A DNA stretch of 63,941 nt, filler included, from Craspedostauros australis (taxonomy: Eukaryota): NCBI GenBank assembly GCA_030167865.1. It is 17 parts of 17 records of this genome, joined end to end, with 100 filler letters (N's around TTAATTAATTAA, not from the genome) between each part and the next. Parts side by side here need not be neighbours in the genome. Positions count along the whole stretch, not along the records: positions 10,493 to 11,589 come from JALAGF010000187.1; positions 11,690 to 17,846 come from JALAGF010000188.1; positions 17,947 to 20,271 come from JALAGF010000189.1; positions 20,372 to 23,018 come from JALAGF010000190.1; 13 more parts are not named here. The stretch is one strand, 5' to 3'. Positions 10,495 to 20,455 of the stretch are shown in pieces (the stretch's first letter is position 1; each line of letters opens with the position of its first letter). The notes beneath the pieces are model-generated. The model was not told the origin of the DNA. It did no database searches and saw nothing but the letters and a program-made list of their open reading frames with translations. The translations under genes were made by a program, and so were the position numbers.

Positions 10495-11334
10495 CTCAAG
10501 ACCAAAGCACCCAGCGTCCTACCGAACAAGTACCGACCTGAACTGGATGGATCGCAACTGTGTGACTCCGAGCAAACAACATTTTATCAGCAACTCATTG
10601 GTATACTGCGTTGGACTGTGGAGCTTGGACGAATCGACATTTGCTGCGAGACCTCGATGATGGCATCGTACTGTGTCGCGCCACGAGTTGGTCACTTGCA
10701 TGCTCTCTTTCACATGTTCGCATACCTCAAATCTCACGATCGTTCTCGCCTTGTTTTTGACGATGCATACATTGACAAACCGCCTGTGATGCAACCCAAC
10801 TGGAACGATTTCTACCCTGACGCTCACGAGCAACTGCCTGCTGACATGCCACCGCCACGCGGAAAGGAGGTTCAAATGACGTGCTTTGTTGATGCTGATC
10901 ATGCAGGTGATCGCGTCACGCGACGCTCACGCACTGGTGTGCTTTTATTCCTGAATACNNNNNNNNNNNNNTGGTACAGCAAGAAACAGAACAGCATTGA
11001 GACATCCACATTCGGCAGCGAGTTCACGGCGCTCAAGGTCGCAACCGAGATCATCATCGGCATGAGATACAAACTCCGCATGATGGGCATTCCATTGGAT
11101 GGCCCGGCGGACGTACGGGTCGACAATCAGAGTGTGGTGTACAACTCCTCACTACCAGAATCACAACTGCGGAAGAAAGCCAATGCCATCGCATATCACT
11201 TCGTCCGAGAAAGCATCGCCGCGGGCATCCTGGTGGTCCAACATGAACCATCGGAAACCAATCTATCCGACATGCTCACGAAGCAACAACAAGGACCGAG
11301 ACGAAAAGAACAAGCACAACGGGTCCTCTTCTGA
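10495..11334 (+). CDS. Ty1/copia (CoDi-type) pol fragment: RT end plus RNase H
   Basis: The frame is open from the contig edge: YRPELD..YQQLIGILRW.VELGRIDI, FVDADHAGD..TRRSRTG, SKKQNSIETSTFGSEF, DNQSVV, AIAYHFVRE and N.SDMLTK. Confidence 0.92.
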   Translation, partial: LKTKAPSVLPNKYRPELDGSQLCDSEQTTFYQQLIGILRWTVELGRIDICCETSMMASYCVAPRVGHLHALFHMFAYLKSHDRSRLVFDDAYIDKPPVMQPNWNDFYPDAHEQLPADMPPPRGKEVQMTCFVDADHAGDRVTRRSRTGVLLFLNXXXXXWYSKKQNSIETSTFGSEFTALKVATEIIIGMRYKLRMMGIPLDGPADVRVDNQSVVYNSSLPESQLRKKANAIAYHFVRESIAAGILVVQHEPSETNLSDMLTKQQQGPRRKEQAQRVLF

Positions 11335-12472
11335 CCTCGGCACTGCGCAACAGTACCCATGGGTGGTCGGTCATGGGCTTTGCTCATGACTGGTGGGATG
11401 AGCGCCCTGTGGTGTCCACATGTGGGGCATGCAGCAGGTACATCCCGAATGCAACCAAAATGTGACGATACGACGGCTAGCATAGCCACCGCGCATCGAG
11501 GGGACCAAACCGGGATATGTATGAAACCGTTGAAACGGCGTTACACGATAGCCGCCGCTACCAATCATGGACGACACAGCAATGAGACANNNNNNNNNNN
11601 NNNNNNNNNNNNNNNNNNNNNNNNNNNNNNNNNTTAATTAATTAANNNNNNNNNNNNNNNNNNNNNNNNNNNNNNNNNNNNNNNNNNNNCAATTGTTTTT
11701 ACCTTGTCATTTTAACGCGATACTACGTAAGAGCTAATCAAATGAGTATAGAGGTTTATTTGTGGGACTGGATCGTACCGTGTAACTTGCACTGTGTTCC
11801 TTGTTTGGTCATGAGTCTGATTCGCAAAAAAAAAATTCTCAATTCGCTAATATGAAAGTCACGCCAGTCGACTTTCCCAATGCCGCCCAAACTGCTAAAA
11901 CCAGAGGCTCTCACAGTACGTGCTCATGATTAAACAATTTCCCTCTCTGACACGTCACTAATTTGGGACTAGCTAAGGCGGATCCACGGGATACTACGAA
12001 TCGGCGATCGAAAAGAGGAAGTACCACGGATGGGAGACACCATTCCGTTTTGCGAAGTTGATTTTGCGAATTATCGAGTTTGTTGTGATGTCGTTGACAC
12101 CATCGCGAAAAGATCTGGCATTGTGCCAAGGAAGAACGACTACAACAGTACTACAGTATAGTTACACGTTTGTGTATGGTATACTATATGTATGGGATAT
12201 CACTCGACACACAACAAGAAATGCGGCAACCACAACGGAACCTCCCACATCCCACAATCACATCCACGCTCATCGCATCCACGCTCATCGCATCCATGCT
12301 GATTGTATCCACTCTGATTGCATCACAATACCACCAAGGTCCCGTACCATCATATAATACCCGTATGCGTAGGTCGTACACATTTCAGTTCTCCTTGAAG
12401 CCGTCGAGAAACGAGCACCGTTGCAAGCACCCAAGGTATCAATCGAATCCACGCTGAGGCCGGTCTGCAACG

Positions 12473-14233
12473 ATGATGGACGACCCGACAACGGCGATCG
12501 GCGGCTCCAGCCGCAAGCGTTCACGCTCTCAGGCGCACACGGTTGCCACCAACAACGCCCGAATCCGCCTCAAGGGCATCGCGGCGGATCTGTCGGATGC
12601 GGCGACCATCGCGCATCAGCTGCTGGACAGCAGCAAGCGCAACTCGACCCTCAACAAGCTGCTGCAGCTGTCTGCGAGCCACGAGTCCAACTACAACCTG
12701 GGCTGCGACGATGTGCTCAATGCGCTCGTCACCATCGTGTACGACGACGTCTTCGAATGGAAGTCAGCCAGGCCGTTCAGATGCAGCAAACGCGACGAAC
12801 CGAGCTTCCACTCGAAGGAGGCGTGGACGACGCACCCGACGAAGGCTTGCGCTGCGTGGGCCCGGCACTGCGAGCACAAGCTCTCGCTGAGGTGCCTGGA
12901 GTCCGACCGATTCAAGCTCTACGAGATGGTCCTCGTCATCTTGCGGAATCTGTCCTTCGTGGCGGCCAACCTCCGTCTCATGGCGTATTCGCCCGGCGTT
13001 CTTTCCATTCTGATCGCCGCGCTGTACGAATCGACCGCATCCAGCAACCTCTGCAGCGAGGATGACACGACTGTGTCGTTGGCGAACACCAACACCAACC
13101 TCAGCAAGCTGGCGCTCCCGGCGCTCTACACATTCGTCAACCTCACACCGTACCTGGATGTGTCCGGGCAGAAGCTGCTCGCGGACAAGCTCTTCCTAGC
13201 CCAGGACATGGACCCAGCAGCAACGGCCAACTTCTCCAGATCCAACGAGGAGTGTCCGCCCGTCCCCGATACCGAAACGTTTGGTCAGATTGCGGATGGC
13301 TCATGGGGATTTGGCGGTCTCTGGCTGGCAAAGAAGATGGACACCAAGGAGGACACCATCCAGGACGTGCCGAAGGTCACTCTTCTGGCGCTCACGCGTG
13401 ATCAGCTGGTGTGGGTGTGGTCGATCTTCCCCGCATTGTGCAAGGTATTGGTGGATCCCTGCACACCTCGACTTGCGTTGCTGCAGGCCATCGAGCTGCT
13501 GCAAGAGTTCATCGGCCACGCCCGCGTCGCCGTCGTCGGCTCGATCGATGATCACGACACATCAGACAGCAAGATCGCGAGCTCCAGAGCCATCCTGGTC
13601 CGACTTCCGAAGAGCGTCCTCGATCGGCTGATTCAGCTGCTCTACGTCCCACGCCTGGGACAGGAAGCCATGGAGTACATGGATCCAACGCGCAACATCG
13701 TCACGCGAGTGTTGGCACCCAAGCTCAAGACCACCTACGACACGAGCGTAGACACTGACATCCGCGACCGCGTGCTGGATGTGCTGGTGCCACTGCTGGA
13801 GCTGGATTCTCCGCGCTTGGCCACGCAGCTCGCGACGGAGGTCCTATCGACGGGTCTGAGACGTCCAAACGTGGCCCTGTTCGACACGCTGCTCCCAATT
13901 CTCACGACGCAGGTGGGGAGGAGCGAGGCACCCCATCTGGCCACGCAGCTCCTTCGCGAGCTCAGTCGATCCAAGGAAGCCAAGGTCGGGTTGCAGTATC
14001 TCGAGGCACGCATGATCACGCTTGGGAGCAAGGACACCCGCATCGCGCAGCTTGCGATGAACCATCTCTTTGCCACGCAGGACAAGGGCGCGGCGACAGC
14101 GATGGGAACAGCAATGTCGACGGCAGTGTCCGCAGCCGCAGAGCAGAAGAGAGATTCGTTGACGCGAATTCCGTTGGGGGGTTCTGGCTCGTCTGCTGCG
14201 ATGGCGCCAAAGAGTACGGCAAATCAAAACTGA
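12473..14233 (+). CDS. ARM-fold protein, probable SWI/SNF ARID1/ARID2 (BAF250_C-like) subunit
   Basis: 586-aa leucine-rich helical ORF. ILRNLSFVAANLRLMA resembles the conserved RNLSF motif of ARID1/ARID2/Swi1. No ARID domain is visible. N-terminal RKRSR is a possible NLS. Confidence 0.5.
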   Translation: MMDDPTTAIGGSSRKRSRSQAHTVATNNARIRLKGIAADLSDAATIAHQLLDSSKRNSTLNKLLQLSASHESNYNLGCDDVLNALVTIVYDDVFEWKSARPFRCSKRDEPSFHSKEAWTTHPTKACAAWARHCEHKLSLRCLESDRFKLYEMVLVILRNLSFVAANLRLMAYSPGVLSILIAALYESTASSNLCSEDDTTVSLANTNTNLSKLALPALYTFVNLTPYLDVSGQKLLADKLFLAQDMDPAATANFSRSNEECPPVPDTETFGQIADGSWGFGGLWLAKKMDTKEDTIQDVPKVTLLALTRDQLVWVWSIFPALCKVLVDPCTPRLALLQAIELLQEFIGHARVAVVGSIDDHDTSDSKIASSRAILVRLPKSVLDRLIQLLYVPRLGQEAMEYMDPTRNIVTRVLAPKLKTTYDTSVDTDIRDRVLDVLVPLLELDSPRLATQLATEVLSTGLRRPNVALFDTLLPILTTQVGRSEAPHLATQLLRELSRSKEAKVGLQYLEARMITLGSKDTRIAQLAMNHLFATQDKGAATAMGTAMSTAVSAAAEQKRDSLTRIPLGGSGSSAAMAPKSTANQN

Positions 14234-14475
14234 ATACTCGACTCCAGAGTGGAACGAAGAGCACTCTACATGCGTTTCGGCGATAGATGCAGTACTTGCA
14301 TGATGGTTGATTGCTCATGGAACAAGCATTTGAATTGGGATTGATACAATCATCGAGATTGTCGATGGTGCATGTTGCTGCGTCACCTCCGGGGCACACA
14401 TCTTTTTGTTTACCTACACATAAAACATTCTCCCTTCGAACGATCAGGAGTGTTCGTGCAAGTGTCTTCCTTGAT

Positions 14476-14532
14476 GACGACGTTGTTGGTGACGACGTTG
14501 TTGGTGACATTGTTGTTGGTGACATTGTTGTC
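14476..14532 (+). repeat. 15-bp tandem repeat (GACGACGTTGTTGGT / GACATTGTTGTTGGT), about 4 copies
   Basis: Directly visible in the sequence. Confidence 0.8.
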
Positions 14533-15409
14533 GCTGGCAAGACTAGCGCATGCCTGGAATCCTTGGGAAGCATCCTTCTCGATGAACAAGCTAGCTTCCT
14601 TTGGCTTTACTCATTCGAATGAGTCGAGCAGTTTATCCACGACACATATCATAAAATGTGGAGGCCAAGTTTGTCCGCACACGCGGATTCTCGTCTGTGC
14701 GGAACCAAGCGCATCGTCGCCCCGGACCTCTCCTGGAAGGAGCCTCTCCTCCGCCAACACAACACAACACAACACAACGATCGAGGAACGGAAACCCGCA
14801 TCAGCGCACTGCGACCAAACAGGGAAAACGCTGAGCAACACATGCACAATGCGCCACAACATGACACCAACCCCAGCGTCCTTCCTTCCGCCCTTTCCTT
14901 CGCACGGTCACCTATACCATCATTGCGTTCCGCCTCATCATCCATCACCAGTCATCATCGCATCGCTACTGCGGCATCGTGTTCGACCTTCCTGCCTCAC
15001 TACAAGCAAAGGGTGAGCATCCAGGTACGGCTGAGTATCACGTTGCACCGGGTATATAGTGCCGCCAACTGCAACGCTCTCCATTTCCCACGTTGCCACA
15101 CAGATTGATTGATGACTGCTCATGCTGACAGCGCCGTTGCATTTCACCTTTTTCACTTCGATCCATGCAAACGGACACTCCTGCGCCCATGTTCCACCGC
15201 GCACATCTTCCCATTTTGATACGTGTAATACAACACGCGTGACGCTACATCACACAGACGATCAGAGAACAGCCAGATACGATCGCACTACTCCACTTAC
15301 AAGTACATCTCCGATCAGCACAAACCACACCGATACGCCGCTGAACCAACTGGATCTCTCGCTCCCTCCCCCATCTTCAAGCGCGACGGCAAGTTTCAAC
15401 CACAGCCTG

Positions 15410-17710
15410 ATGGCATCCAACGTAGACAGACAGACCCGCGCATGCGAGACGTCGCTGATGCGCGCATGCCGGAACCAAGATATTGCACAGGTCAAGCATC
15501 AGCTCGAATCAAGAAGCGCATGCCGATATCCACCAGGAGCCATCAAAGACCCCGAAGGCAACACCGCCTTTCATTACGCTTGCGCCGCCAGCAACGCGGA
15601 CGTGGCGAAGTGCCTCATCGAATCCAAACACGGTTCCATCGACGTCAACGTGCAAAACAATAATCTGGAAACGCCATTGCACCGTGCCTGCAGAAACAAC
15701 TGCGTCCAGGTCGTGAAGTATCTGTGCGAAACGGATGACCTCAAGGTCAACCAGTTCATTCAAGACTGCTGGGGCACTCTGCCAATTCACATCGTGTGCT
15801 ACGATTGGTCCATCCCAATCCTGAAGATCCTGATGGAAGCCGACAAAACCAACTCAATTTGCAGCACACCAAACAAAAATGGCATTACAGCGCTCCATCG
15901 CGCATGCATGAACCACAATCTAGAGGTGCTCAAGTTCATGCTGAGTTCAACGACAGCCCAGAAGATCGACGTCAACGTGAAGGACACGGACGGGAAGACA
16001 CCGCTCCACTACGCATGCGAGCTGGACCACTCCAAGATACTGGCTTGCTTCATTGGGTCCAACGTACCCAACATGAATGCCAACATCCAAGATGACGAAG
16101 GAAGGACACCTCTCCACCTTGCTTGTCGCAGCCGCGACGACAGAATGATGCGGCTTTTACTTGATCGACATTCACATATGGATGTCGACCCAAACATTGC
16201 CGATAAGAACGGTGATACGCCGCTGCATCTGATCTGCTCCTCCGCCCAGAGAAAAGTAATCCAGAACATGATAAAGAAGCCGAGACTCCCAAAGCTCGAT
16301 TTCCACAGAAAGAACACGGAGGGTCACACTCCATTTGAGCTTGCATGTCGCCAGAATAAAGATCAAACCATGGCACCTTATTTGGTGATGTTGGATCCAA
16401 GCATTGACATCACTGTCCAAGACAGCAAATCCGGCGACACCCCGGTCCATTGTGCGTTTCGCAATGGGTCCGTCCGTGCGGTACGATGCTGGATGGCAAT
16501 CAAGAAGTTCCCCGAAGCTTTCCGCATCCAAAACAAGGATGGGGACACAGCTTTCCACGCCGCCTGCCGCTCTGAGAACGTGAATGTAGTCAGGTACTTG
16601 ATCGAGTCGAGTAAAGTGGACGTTGGCGTTCAGACGAAGAACGGAAAAGGTGATACTCTTTTTCACATCGCATTCGCTTCCAGAGGTCAAGACATGCTTT
16701 CATATCTGATCAAGTCACATGAAGCCGAGATGAAGAGAGAGATGCAAAACAATGATGGCAACACTCTCCTTCATGTCGCATTGATCGACAATCACTCGCG
16801 GAAGTGCCTGTCGTTGATATGTCCCAACAAGGGAACTTTGGACGCGACGATTCAGAACAAAGACGGCGACACGGCATTACACCTTGGAATGAAAAACAGC
16901 AACACAGACATACGCGCAATGATGCTTAAATCCGACTCTCTTGTTGTCGACGGCAGCATCCGAAACCACAAGGGGGATACTGCACTTCACGCCCTGTGCG
17001 CCAATAAGTCTGCCGACACGAGTACGGCGTATGCGTTTTTTGCATCGGACCTGCCAAACGTAAATTTCAATGCCCAGAACAACCATGGCGATACACCCCT
17101 GCATGTCGCATCCCGGGAGGGCTCCGGGTACATTCTCAGATATATCTCGAGATGGCACAAAGACAAGTTTGATCCCACCGTCAGGAACAAGAATGGTGAA
17201 ACACCCATGCACGTTCTCAAACGAGATCGCCGGTTATTTCCAATTGACGAGGAAATGAAGCTCACCAGACTCTACGATCTGATCCGAAACAGAGCCATAG
17301 GATACCGCAACTTGCATCAAGCCTGCACCGTCGCAAACGGAGATGCGATAGATCGGTTGATCGCGTCGGCGCCGCCATCGGCGAACCTGCAAGACAAGAA
17401 TGGCGACACTCCGTTGCATATCGCAGTCCGCCGAAACCTTTTGAGGTCAGCGGAGTCATTGGTAGCATTCAAGGGGGCAGACCCGACAATTCGAAACTGT
17501 GCTGGTGATACTGCATTACACACGGCCAGCAAATGGAATCGAAAGAGATTGCTGAAGTCATTGATCAAAGCAGAGAGTGTGGCTGCTTCTTCCGATGTGA
17601 AGAACCATGAGGGTAAAACAGCATTCGATATTGCGAACGAAAGGGGCTACGATGAAGTCAGAGTGCTATTGGATGAAGCTCGTCCGAACAAACGCATGAA
17701 GGTGACCTGA
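15410..17710 (+). CDS. Ankyrin-repeat protein (about 20 repeats); likely start MASNVD at 15410, frame open from 15122
   Basis: Repeated D..G.TPLH.AC units at ~33-37 aa spacing. C-terminal RPNKRMK is NLS-like. Confidence 0.92.
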   Translation: MASNVDRQTRACETSLMRACRNQDIAQVKHQLESRSACRYPPGAIKDPEGNTAFHYACAASNADVAKCLIESKHGSIDVNVQNNNLETPLHRACRNNCVQVVKYLCETDDLKVNQFIQDCWGTLPIHIVCYDWSIPILKILMEADKTNSICSTPNKNGITALHRACMNHNLEVLKFMLSSTTAQKIDVNVKDTDGKTPLHYACELDHSKILACFIGSNVPNMNANIQDDEGRTPLHLACRSRDDRMMRLLLDRHSHMDVDPNIADKNGDTPLHLICSSAQRKVIQNMIKKPRLPKLDFHRKNTEGHTPFELACRQNKDQTMAPYLVMLDPSIDITVQDSKSGDTPVHCAFRNGSVRAVRCWMAIKKFPEAFRIQNKDGDTAFHAACRSENVNVVRYLIESSKVDVGVQTKNGKGDTLFHIAFASRGQDMLSYLIKSHEAEMKREMQNNDGNTLLHVALIDNHSRKCLSLICPNKGTLDATIQNKDGDTALHLGMKNSNTDIRAMMLKSDSLVVDGSIRNHKGDTALHALCANKSADTSTAYAFFASDLPNVNFNAQNNHGDTPLHVASREGSGYILRYISRWHKDKFDPTVRNKNGETPMHVLKRDRRLFPIDEEMKLTRLYDLIRNRAIGYRNLHQACTVANGDAIDRLIASAPPSANLQDKNGDTPLHIAVRRNLLRSAESLVAFKGADPTIRNCAGDTALHTASKWNRKRLLKSLIKAESVAASSDVKNHEGKTAFDIANERGYDEVRVLLDEARPNKRMKVT

Positions 17711-17946
17711 GATATCAGCATAGCACTTCCCCGACGAAGGCACGCAACGGAAGATCGGCTGGAGCAATCCGTCAGTACAACAGCGATGTAAAATGTACAA
17801 ATAGTTCATACGCTCGCGTGGCGAATCAAATCGGCACAAAAACACCNNNNNNNNNNNNNNNNNNNNNNNNNNNNNNNNNNNNNNNNNNNNTTAATTAATT
17901 AANNNNNNNNNNNNNNNNNNNNNNNNNNNNNNNNNNNNNNNNNNNN

Positions 17947-19983
17947 GTCTGTGAGAGAGAAGGCCTCATCGAGCAACATCTGCATCGCAGCTCTCAACGC
18001 CGAAAGTCTGGAACGAAGGATACGGGCATCAGTACTCAGCAGCAGCCCACGAACAACGCCAACGGAAAGCAAGGGTATCGATACACCTTCATCCACGATC
18101 AAGTCCAGGAAGCTGCGCTGTCGCTCGTTCCTCAAGACAAGCTCTCCGAGCTGCGACACAGAGTTGGTGATGTCCTGCTCACCTCATACTCAAAAGGTGA
18201 GATGCGAGAGGACAAGGTCCACATGATCGCTGGCCTCATCAATGCCAGACTCGATCTCGTACCCGCCACTGCTCAGCACTCCGATCGTCGCATGAGGATC
18301 GCCATGCTCAACTCCAAGGCAGGTCAGCTTGCTGTCGAATGCGCTGCATTCCAAGCTGCGGCGGAGTATTTCCGGACGGCAATAGAACTGTTGCCAGCTG
18401 ATCATTGGAAGACCCATCTCCATCAGAGCATCGACATCTTTTCATCGGCCGCCGAGTGCGCGTACATCAATACAAACACCGATGAAATGAAGCAGTACTG
18501 CTCGAGTGTGCTGTCATTGGACTGCTCCATCCTTCACAAGATCCGGGCGTACCGTATCTTCGCCGATGGCTTATTCATCGAATCCAACGAAACCAGAACA
18601 AAGAAGACGATCCCAACAATCCTGTCTGTGTTAGGCCAACTTGGGTGCAGGTTCCCAAGAAGCAAGCTTGGCAGGAACTTCAAGCTGATACGTGGTCTCC
18701 TGAAGGTGAAACTGACAGCATCGAGATGGACTGCGGAGTCCTTCCGAAGCAAGCCATTGTGTGCGGATCCAACGCAAGTGGCTGTGATGGAGCTGCTGGA
18801 TCAGCTGGTTGGCGTTGCATACTTCGTTCTCCCGGAATTGTTTCCTTTGGTCATCCTTGAGTGTGTGGAGAGGACTTTGAAGCACGGCATCCTCCCACAT
18901 TCCTCAACCGCCTTTTCTTGTCTTGCTTTCGTCTCCGGGTACGTGATGGGAGATTTCAAAACCGCGGAAACGATTGGCGAGATTGCCATGCAGATGACGG
19001 AACAAGAATCCAACCGGATCTGCGAAGCCAAAGTCATTTACAATCTAAGTATCGGCATGACACACTGGATAAAGCCGATAAAGGCTACGTTGCCACACCT
19101 ATGGAGAGCGCACGAGCTTAGCATGACATACGGTGATGTCAACACGGCTCTTCAAAGTGTTTCCGATCACCTGCAAACCAGATTCTTCACAGGTGAACCG
19201 CTGGCCCAACTTGACGAAGATATGCGAAGGTGCTTACATTCCATTAATGATGTGCCACACCTCAAGCACAAGGACTTTCTCAACATGAGTTGGCAGGCCA
19301 TTCGCAATCTCCGAGGCCTTTCTCACAGCGAAACGAAGCTGAAGGGAGACATCTTCGACGAAGATGCCTTCTTTGCGCACCCAACTGAACAGATTGACGA
19401 TGTCGCAGCGATTGTACTCGCCGCATACAGACAAATCCTCGTTGTATTCTTCGGTGACTTTGAGCTCGGAGCAGTCACTTCGGTCAAATCCTTTGACGAA
19501 TCCTTGAAGAAGTTCCCAGGAATGTGCTATCTTCCACTTGGCGCAGCGTACGGCAGCATCTGCTGTTATGCCGCTAGCTACACAGTCTCAAGCAAATCGA
19601 AAGCAGCCACATACCGCAAGCAAGGGGACCGGTGCCGCAAGCAGCTCCGCAAGTGGACCGACATGGGCAACCCAAACTGCCAACATAGCTACGCGTTGGT
19701 GCAAGCAGAACACAAGATGCTGCGATCCAAGTTCGGCTCCGCCGTCGTGAAGTTCAAGGATGCGATCGATCTCGCCACGAGCTGCGGCTTCACGAACGAT
19801 CAAGCGCTGGCGAATGAGCGCCTTTCGGAGTGCTTGACAAGGATGGGGATGGACGATGCGGCCAGTCAGGCAATGGAAGAAGCCATTCGGCTGTACGGAG
19901 AATGGGGTGCAATGAGGAAGGTGGAGAAACTGAGATTGATGCACGAGAAGACGAAGAAAGAACAGGCGAGCGAAATGAATTGA
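17947..19983 (+). CDS. C-terminal part of a STAND/AAA_16-type ATPase with TPR-like helical domain (partial)
   Basis: Frame open from the contig edge through YTFIHDQVQEAALSL (winged-helix HD motif), LNSKAG..A...AAF..A, and a C-terminal A.ANER..Y.EWGA..KV typical of this family. Confidence 0.8.
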   Translation, partial: VCEREGLIEQHLHRSSQRRKSGTKDTGISTQQQPTNNANGKQGYRYTFIHDQVQEAALSLVPQDKLSELRHRVGDVLLTSYSKGEMREDKVHMIAGLINARLDLVPATAQHSDRRMRIAMLNSKAGQLAVECAAFQAAAEYFRTAIELLPADHWKTHLHQSIDIFSSAAECAYINTNTDEMKQYCSSVLSLDCSILHKIRAYRIFADGLFIESNETRTKKTIPTILSVLGQLGCRFPRSKLGRNFKLIRGLLKVKLTASRWTAESFRSKPLCADPTQVAVMELLDQLVGVAYFVLPELFPLVILECVERTLKHGILPHSSTAFSCLAFVSGYVMGDFKTAETIGEIAMQMTEQESNRICEAKVIYNLSIGMTHWIKPIKATLPHLWRAHELSMTYGDVNTALQSVSDHLQTRFFTGEPLAQLDEDMRRCLHSINDVPHLKHKDFLNMSWQAIRNLRGLSHSETKLKGDIFDEDAFFAHPTEQIDDVAAIVLAAYRQILVVFFGDFELGAVTSVKSFDESLKKFPGMCYLPLGAAYGSICCYAASYTVSSKSKAATYRKQGDRCRKQLRKWTDMGNPNCQHSYALVQAEHKMLRSKFGSAVVKFKDAIDLATSCGFTNDQALANERLSECLTRMGMDDAASQAMEEAIRLYGEWGAMRKVEKLRLMHEKTKKEQASEMN

Positions 19984-20371
19984 TGCCTTGGGGATGGGCA
20001 AACAGCGCTGAGAACGAATAGATGAGCCATTACCCGTAGTCTGAACTCTACTCTCCTGCATTGTTCGCTCCGCACTTGAAAAGGGGTTTGGTAGTATTAT
20101 ATTATAGTTTACCACACGAGCTTGGTGCCAAAAGTTCATTCTCGAGCATCCAGGCCTCGACAGTCACAGGAATGTGCGTTCTGGGGCGTCTTCTGGATGT
20201 TGTTGCGCATTGTCGAAATTACTTTTGCGAGGTAAATCGCAGCCACCGATCCAGCCGCTGCCATCGTGTGCNNNNNNNNNNNNNNNNNNNNNNNNNNNNN
20301 NNNNNNNNNNNNNNNTTAATTAATTAANNNNNNNNNNNNNNNNNNNNNNNNNNNNNNNNNNNNNNNNNNNN

Positions 20372-20455
20372 GGGAGGAGACTGTCTCCGTTGTCACTCTT
20401 CAGAGGCGGAGGCTGCGGACGTCTGTCCTGCGTACGTATGCCAACACCCCCCCCC
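20372..20455 (-). repeat. Polypurine tract (G9, 20447-20455) and start of 3' LTR (TGTTGG from 20446 downward)
   Basis: The minus strand reads GTGGGGGGGGG|TGTTGGCATACG immediately after RNase H. Confidence 0.8.

Noticed and set aside
11490..11589. GAGGGGACC as polypurine tract and 3' LTR start for the copia RNase H fragment
   Set aside because: Plausible, but there is no adjacent TG start or second LTR copy to fix the boundary.
12255..12325. 15-bp repeat CATCCACGCTCATCG upstream of the ARM gene
   Set aside because: Short degenerate minisatellite without spacers and with no evidence of function.
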